In this document: positions 58,958 to 64,000 of the stretch, one piece after another
How positions within the stretch are numbered: the stretch's first letter is position 1
Layout: the number at the start of each line of letters is the position of its first letter
DNA from: a virus
Reading direction: 5' to 3' (one strand)
Virus record (IMG/VR): IMGVR_UViG_3300043570_000570
Coordinates: 1 to 64,000 of that record
Length of the DNA stretch: 64,000 bases
The notes under the pieces: generated by a model
What the model was told of the DNA's origin: nothing
Seen by the model: the letters and a program-made list of their open reading frames with translations, nothing else
Database searches by the model: none
Translations under genes and position numbers: made by a program

Positions 58958-60967
58958 TTAGTATCTAAATGGGGATGAGGTTGTACGGAACAATGAGTTT
59001 CCTTTCTTCTCTCGGAAGTAAGCTTGGATTCTATTGTCGTCACTAGAGTTTGAAATAATAACCTGTGTAGTAAGAGTCTTAGCCATAGCTAAAGTTAATC
59101 CGAATGAAATAACTCGGTCAACGTTTAACTTAGGTGTAAACTTAATTAACTCCTTAATCAAGAGAGGATCTAAGATTCTAGTTACACCTAGTCTTTCTTT
59201 TATGATAGCTCCGTCTTCATCTCTTTCTACTTCTATTACTTCGGTTATGTACTCGATGATAAGAGACATCAAATAGTTCTTAATGTCTTTAGTCATGTGA
59301 ATACCATAGTCACGATTAACTGTAGAGTTAGGGTGGATATCATTTAGGAACTTAGGCGTCTTCTCTAGGACTTTAGGAGACTCGTTCTTATCTACACAAT
59401 GCTGTATAAAACCATAGTCCATGTTTTCACAAAGAGTCTTAGCATTATAATACTTAAGAAGCATCTTAGTTGTCTCATACCAAGTCTCAATTTTCTTAGG
59501 ACGACCTGTGTAACAAGCTACAACTATATTCTGCCAGCCTTCTCCACTTAAGTTATGGACCCTCTTATAAATATAAGTAGAACCCAAAGAAGTTGAGTAG
59601 TGTGCCTGTGATTGTTTGTAAGGATCCGTTCCTGCTGTATAAAGTCCATAGGGGGCTTCTGAGAGAGGATATTCCCAAATCTGAACACAACCCTCAATAG
59701 GATCTGTAGACTTAACAGGGAAGTTAATAACAGGCTTCTTATCTGTAAACTTGTGTCTGATCTTTCCTTCAGAGTTAATGAAAAGTTCTACGTTGTCTGC
59801 TTGAATTTCTTGGGCACTTAGTTTCTGTAGTTGTTCTTGAAGTAAGTCTACAGGGAATATGTTCTGAGATAGTTCTAAGAAACACTCTTCGTGATTTAAA
59901 GGATAGTACATTACTTCTTTTAAGTAAGCTTCTAATCCGTTTGATTTCTTAGTCTGTTCTCTAGACTTTAAGATAAGTTCTTTTCCTTTTTCTTCATCTG
60001 CTACCCAGATCTTAATTAGATCTAACTCAGAAGGATTTTCTTTACCTAAGTAAAGTCCTAGAGGAGTTTCTTGCTTTGGAACTTTCAAAGAACGTGTACC
60101 TGGAATAAAGAGTCCATAAGACTTTCCTGTTTCATTAGATTCTACAGGAAGGAAGTTATAGGCTTCAGGATTGTTAAAGAGTTCTTCTAGGTCTGCTGCC
60201 TTAGTCATATCTCCAGAAGTTCCGATGACAAAAGGAGAACAACGCCATCCAAATGGACTGTCAAAACAAGGAGTAGTTGCCGCTAAGCAAGAAAGGATCT
60301 TTCCTTTTCCTCCTTCTTCTAAGAGAAATGAAGATAGAGTAAGACCTGCCGCTGCCTCCGTATTGTTGCCTTCATCAAAGTTACGTACGTGGAACTTAGA
60401 CCACTCATTACGAGAGTTAGTTCTCTTGTCTTTAAATCCTAAAGTTACCTGTCTCTTCCAGTCATCCTCAATACGAGGAAATCTAAAGTAGTCAGGAAGG
60501 TTTCTAATACCTAAGTCTACGTAATCTGTGATTACTTTTAAGTCAGGTTGGTTAAGCGCAGATATCAAATTGTCAGAACCTTTCTGTGTAATGGCTTTGT
60601 GAGCCATATAAGAAGAAGTTAAAACTGACTTAGAGATACGTCTTGATCCTACCATCACAACTCCTTTCTTTCCGTCTACGTGATTTTCTGCTTTGTGGAT
60701 AGTCTCGTCTACTGCTAAATAGGTATCCCAAAGCTGAGGTTTGTCTAGCTTTCTAATTTGACGCTTACCTACCATTGTATCTATGTATATAGACCAGTAG
60801 TTTAAATGCCAATAAATAAAAGGCGAGAAATAGAATCCATTAATAGTTACACCTTCTGTAATCTTTTTGTCTTCATTCTCCCAAAATGCATCATACTCCT
60901 CTGAGCCAATCTCAGGGAAGGACTTAACATTAATAAAGAATTCTGGACTTTCTAGATTAGCATGCAT
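58958..60967 (-). CDS. terL: Terminase large subunit
   Basis: Walker A variant GSRRISKS, Walker B FLLEEGG, YTAGTDPY nuclease motif, NVDRV. Confidence 0.88.
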   Translation of the reverse strand: MHANLESPEFFINVKSFPEIGSEEYDAFWENEDKKITEGVTINGFYFSPFIYWHLNYWSIYIDTMVGKRQIRKLDKPQLWDTYLAVDETIHKAENHVDGKKGVVMVGSRRISKSVLTSSYMAHKAITQKGSDNLISALNQPDLKVITDYVDLGIRNLPDYFRFPRIEDDWKRQVTLGFKDKRTNSRNEWSKFHVRNFDEGNNTEAAAGLTLSSFLLEEGGKGKILSCLAATTPCFDSPFGWRCSPFVIGTSGDMTKAADLEELFNNPEAYNFLPVESNETGKSYGLFIPGTRSLKVPKQETPLGLYLGKENPSELDLIKIWVADEEKGKELILKSREQTKKSNGLEAYLKEVMYYPLNHEECFLELSQNIFPVDLLQEQLQKLSAQEIQADNVELFINSEGKIRHKFTDKKPVINFPVKSTDPIEGCVQIWEYPLSEAPYGLYTAGTDPYKQSQAHYSTSLGSTYIYKRVHNLSGEGWQNIVVACYTGRPKKIETWYETTKMLLKYYNAKTLCENMDYGFIQHCVDKNESPKVLEKTPKFLNDIHPNSTVNRDYGIHMTKDIKNYLMSLIIEYITEVIEVERDEDGAIIKERLGVTRILDPLLIKELIKFTPKLNVDRVISFGLTLAMAKTLTTQVIISNSSDDNRIQAYFREKKGNSLFRTTSSPFRY

Positions 60968-60968
60968 A

Positions 60969-61286
60969 TCAACTGAATTGTTTCATCTTACCATTAATCT
61001 CTTGAGAACCTCTAGCTTCTGCTTTCTGTTCTTCCTTCTCTCTTAACCTATCTACTACTTCTAAAAGAGCTAAGTACTCTTTCATAGTATCTCTCAAAGA
61101 TTTGATTTGAGATTCTTGGCTAGCAATAACCATAGGCATAGTTCCACCTTTAGCTGTTGGCTTCCATTCAATTCTATCTTTCAAAGAGTTAATAGGGTTG
61201 TTATCTATATACCCTCTCCACTCAGTTAAGCGTTGTTCTGCCCACTCTAGTTCTGCTGATATGTATGATAATTTCTTAACGGCCAT
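60969..61286 (-). CDS. Putative terminase small subunit
   Basis: 105 aa, helical, immediately upstream of TerL; ARG near the C-terminus. Confidence 0.45.
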   Translation of the reverse strand: MAVKKLSYISAELEWAEQRLTEWRGYIDNNPINSLKDRIEWKPTAKGGTMPMVIASQESQIKSLRDTMKEYLALLEVVDRLREKEEQKAEARGSQEINGKMKQFS

Positions 61287-61479
61287 TTGAGTATTTCTTT
61301 AAAAATTCTTCTTGAGACATATTCATGATGTCTTCTAGCACACGTGCATAGAATTCTTCATCTCTGCCTGTTTTACTATATGAGTATCCTGCTTTCCAAA
61401 ATATCTTAAACGTCTCGAATAAGTTATCTTGTAAAGTAAAGTTTACATATGGCTGGGAGGTTGGTTGGTTGTCTGTCAT
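61276..61479 (-). CDS. Hypothetical protein
   Basis: 67-aa ORF packed into the operon. Confidence 0.55.
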   Translation of the reverse strand: MTDNQPTSQPYVNFTLQDNLFETFKIFWKAGYSYSKTGRDEEFYARVLEDIMNMSQEEFLKKYSNGR

Positions 61480-61480
61480 C

Positions 61481-61609
61481 TTATTTTGCTTTAGAAGAAA
61501 CCTTAGTTAAAGGTTTGTCGGCAGGCAAGAAGTAGATCTGAACTCCACACTTGCTACCTGGTTTTTTGTCGCAACCGTTCTTGATGGTTACTGTTCTGTG
61601 CTTTTCCAT
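61481..61609 (-). CDS. 42-aa hypothetical protein
   Basis: Not in the ORF track. MEKHRTVTIKNGCDKKPGSKCGVQIYFLPADKPLTKVSSKAK fills the gap. Confidence 0.5.
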   Translation of the reverse strand: MEKHRTVTIKNGCDKKPGSKCGVQIYFLPADKPLTKVSSKAK

Positions 61610-61965
61610 TTTAATTCTATTTTATGTAAAGGGTGTTCTGCGTTCCAATCTGCTATTCCACAATCTGAAGATAGAGATGCCGTTTTGTAGGTAGCGATGC
61701 AGCCACAAAACGAACAGTGAAGTTCACTTCTGTTAGTGCTGTAGTGCTTGCCTGTGAGTTGTACATACTCGGCAGAAGTGACTGCGTTTCTCGAATTGTA
61801 GGGACAATTAATGCAAATGTCCATTCTGTCTGCGATAATGTTCTTCTTTTCATTGCTCAGTAGTTTGAATTGATTCGCTGTCTTCGTTGCTACTCCCTCC
61901 AATACTTTGTTCAAATTCTTTAGCCCCTTCAGGCTCAGGGCCATGTACTCTTTGTAAGGATTCAT
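61588..61965 (-). CDS. Cys-rich Zn-binding protein
   Basis: R..IC..CP...CSFCGC....K......C...W pattern. Confidence 0.65.
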   Translation of the reverse strand: MNPYKEYMALSLKGLKNLNKVLEGVATKTANQFKLLSNEKKNIIADRMDICINCPYNSRNAVTSAEYVQLTGKHYSTNRSELHCSFCGCIATYKTASLSSDCGIADWNAEHPLHKIELKWKSTEQ

Positions 61966-62410
61966 ATAATTTCTGGTGGTTTAATATTTGTGTCTGGTAT
62001 GTTCTATCCATATACTCTATTGTTTGTTGGTTGTAGAGTTTTTTAAATTGTCCTCTTTCGTATCTGTCTTTAAATAGTTTAAGCCAATCTCCCAGCATGT
62101 AGTAGTTAGCATAACCTCTGATTGCTGTGAGTCCTTGTCTTTCTGTTTCATAAGTTAACAGATACTCTGACTTAAGTTTCTTAGCTATTACCTTGATTGC
62201 TCTAGAAGGGTTAAATACTAAAACTCCTAATCCAGATAATCTTACTTTAACTGTAGGTAGTTCTACTATGTCCTCAATAGTCTTTTTTAGGTACCACTCG
62301 TATACAGTACTTACTTTATCAATAGTAAGACCCATTTCTTTTGCTACATCAGAGTAGGCAGCGTAAGTCTTAATTTCAATAGTTTCGTATGTATCTCTTA
62401 TTGAGGTCAT
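61850..62410 (-). CDS. HU/IHF-like DNA-binding protein
   Basis: VAKEMGLT..KV..V and VRLSGLG.L motifs. Confidence 0.55.
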   Translation of the reverse strand: MTSIRDTYETIEIKTYAAYSDVAKEMGLTIDKVSTVYEWYLKKTIEDIVELPTVKVRLSGLGVLVFNPSRAIKVIAKKLKSEYLLTYETERQGLTAIRGYANYYMLGDWLKLFKDRYERGQFKKLYNQQTIEYMDRTYQTQILNHQKLYESLQRVHGPEPEGAKEFEQSIGGSSNEDSESIQTTEQ

Positions 62411-62760
62411 GCAGTTGCTACAGCTTCTTGTTTAAGAACAGGTTGATCTAAAGTAGAAAGAACCAGAGTAAGTGTGACACCTTGCTTGCTAGTAGGACAC
62501 AATCTTGGGTTGACTGCATTCTTTTCTAAGATGCCCATCTTTCTTAACTTTGTTATCCCGTTAGAGATAACTTGGATTGATGTGTCAAACTCACTGGCGA
62601 TTCTTTCTTTTACTACTTTATCTAAAGTACCGTAAAATGAACTATGGGCTAATATACTGGTGTACAGATCGGATAATCTATATCCCGCAAGTCTTAGTAG
62701 TACATCAATGTATGCCTGATGTAACTTAACTCCTTCTTCGTATTTACGTGCTACTTTCAT
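62407..62760 (-). CDS. Winged-HTH-like protein
   Basis: IASEFDTSIQVISNGITKLRKMGIL. Confidence 0.55.
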   Translation of the reverse strand: MKVARKYEEGVKLHQAYIDVLLRLAGYRLSDLYTSILAHSSFYGTLDKVVKERIASEFDTSIQVISNGITKLRKMGILEKNAVNPRLCPTSKQGVTLTLVLSTLDQPVLKQEAVATA

Positions 62761-62783
62761 TGGTTGGTTTGGTTTAACATGAA

Positions 62784-62813
62784 CAAATATACTATCTTAA
62801 CAAAAAAAGTCAA
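62784..62813 (-). promoter_or_regulatory. Promoter for the packaging operon
   Basis: TTG-N19-TATATTTG. Confidence 0.75.
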
Positions 62814-62909
62814 GTTATATGTTAACTCAAAGAATACTTTTAACTTAAGATATTAACCGTGTTAACCCAACTCTTAACACCTATGGTTATTTTAGTGAAA
62901 AACTATCTC

Positions 62910-62939
62910 TAGACAAAAAATAATTTAAGATTATATTTG
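62910..62939 (+). promoter_or_regulatory. Divergent promoter
   Basis: TAG-N19-TATATTTG upstream of 62957. Confidence 0.6.
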
Positions 62940-62956
62940 TACAAGGAGGATTTGTT

Positions 62957-63229
62957 ATGTCGATGGATAAAATTAAAAAACCAAATGCCCAGGAAGTATT
63001 TGATATTTTCTTACTAGCACTCCAAGATGAGCAAGTAAAGCTAGAAGGAGATATAGGAGGATTTAAATTAGCTCTCTATGATGGCTTTAAAACATTTACT
63101 TATCGTAAGAAGTATAACGAAGAGATGCTATTTGACTACATTGAAGAAGCTTTAACAGAACTTTTAGATGAAGATCAACCTATGCAACAGACTGACTACA
63201 TGCATGCTCAGAAGTCAGCAGGAATTTGA
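62957..63229 (+). CDS. Small acidic hypothetical protein, the only credible plus-strand gene
   Basis: 90 aa; own promoter; AAGGAGG 7 nt before ATG. Confidence 0.75.
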   Translation: MSMDKIKKPNAQEVFDIFLLALQDEQVKLEGDIGGFKLALYDGFKTFTYRKKYNEEMLFDYIEEALTELLDEDQPMQQTDYMHAQKSAGI

Positions 63230-63279
63230 TTCCACAATTTATCCACAGAGCAAACAGTTGACTACAAAATGTAGTTACC

Positions 63280-63560
63280 TTCGTAGTGACATCACATCTT
63301 TGTGTTCGCAGACGAGGATTTAAAAGTAATCTGCTAGAAGTTGGATTGTATGAGTAGCCCTCAGAGGTGAAAAGAGGTTTCTCCGATAGTGTCAAAATGT
63401 TCTAATAAAGTTTACAGTGCTCTAACCTACAACTAATAGACCGTAGGCAATAAGTGGACAGAATAGAGACTTAGCTTCTGAGAGGCTATTTGGTTAAAAA
63501 CTGCTGTAATATAAGTTAGAATAGAAAGTCAAAATAGACTACTTCTCGAAGAGAGAAGGA
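63280..63560 (+). ncRNA. Candidate structured ncRNA
   Basis: Nested long-range helices 63355-67/63475-88 and 63375-82/63465-72, plus local hairpins, in a ~340-bp gap without a credible ORF. Confidence 0.4.
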
Positions 63561-63567
63561 ACCTATC

Positions 63568-63978
63568 CTATTTTAAACTTTCAAACCCATTCTTAAACGA
63601 CTTCTCTAAAGCCTTAGAATAAGCTTTTCTGTTATGAGGAATACCTTCTACAGAAATAAACATAGCATTAACGTAAACTACTTTACTAGCTTCTCCTTGA
63701 AGAAGAATTCCATTTACGTTAATTTCTGTACTTACAATATATTCTCTTTTAAGAAACTGTAAGCCTACAATATTTACAAGTTGTTCAGGCATTGCAATGG
63801 ATTTGATTTTTCCTGAAATAGGACTGCCCTCATTACATAATTGGTACTTTGAAGAAGCAATCTCTTCTAGAGTAGTTTGTGCTCCAAAGATTATAGGTCT
63901 TCCTCCTATCTCTGTTACAGTTGCAATTGAAGTTACAGTGTCAATCTTGTAGCATTGAGCACTCAGAGAAGTCATCAT
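63568..63978 (-). CDS. Exported-type hypothetical protein; start probably beyond the window edge
   Basis: Signal-peptide-like ...SLSA/Q N-terminus. Confidence 0.55.
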   Translation of the reverse strand: MMTSLSAQCYKIDTVTSIATVTEIGGRPIIFGAQTTLEEIASSKYQLCNEGSPISGKIKSIAMPEQLVNIVGLQFLKREYIVSTEINVNGILLQGEASKVVYVNAMFISVEGIPHNRKAYSKALEKSFKNGFESLK

Positions 63979-64000
63979 AGTGACTAAAGCGGAAAGTATA

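Noticed and set aside
556-60491. Many plus-strand and nested ORFs in the track (e.g. 4316..4747, 18367..18990, 37688..38122)
   Set aside because: Shadow ORFs of long minus-strand genes with no motifs or expression signals
53628-60967. Introns or inteins in TerL, portal or MCP
   Set aside because: ORFs are uninterrupted, of ordinary size, and show no intein motifs
63239-63247. Perfect DnaA box TTATCCACA
   Set aside because: A single copy is expected by chance in 64 kb of AT-rich DNA; no cluster
63180-63395. 71-aa minus-strand ORF
   Set aside because: Non-ATG start, overlaps the plus-strand gene, no recognisable features; a structured RNA explains the region better
1-64000. Stop-codon reassignment, as in some crAss-like phages
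   Set aside because: Long genes are intact in code 11, and both TAG and TGA end genes normally
1-64000. tRNA genes or CRISPR arrays
   Set aside because: None recognised by eye; not confirmed computationally

Overview
A 64 kb segment of a crAss-like (Crassvirales-type) phage genome, almost all on the minus strand, in the standard genetic code. The host is probably a Bacteroidetes/Flavobacteriia member: there are repeated TTG-N19-TAnnTTTG promoters and A/C-rich leaders without Shine-Dalgarno sites. Right to left: small regulatory and HU-like genes, putative TerS, TerL, portal, scaffold-like protein, major capsid protein, capsid-accessory and ring proteins, Cys-rich fibre proteins, IHF-like protein, tail tubular and stabilisation/muzzle proteins, a ferritin-like protein, modular basic cargo genes, three giant ejected proteins (including a 4093-aa virion RNA polymerase with DFDID), a tail-fibre/lectin cassette interrupted by an HNH-like gene, and holin plus spanin-like genes. 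Main observations: (1) The three giant cargo proteins are nearly Cys-free except for terminal cysteines placed as a head-to-tail disulfide chain would need. (2) Four adjacent cargo genes are built from modules separated by [MFY]xxGG motifs, often next to an RLKxAY-like motif. (3) An 18-bp TQPST repeat brackets an inserted domain in the RNAP. (4) There is a candidate structured ncRNA at about 63280-63560. All assignments come from motif and synteny recognition by eye; no searches were run.
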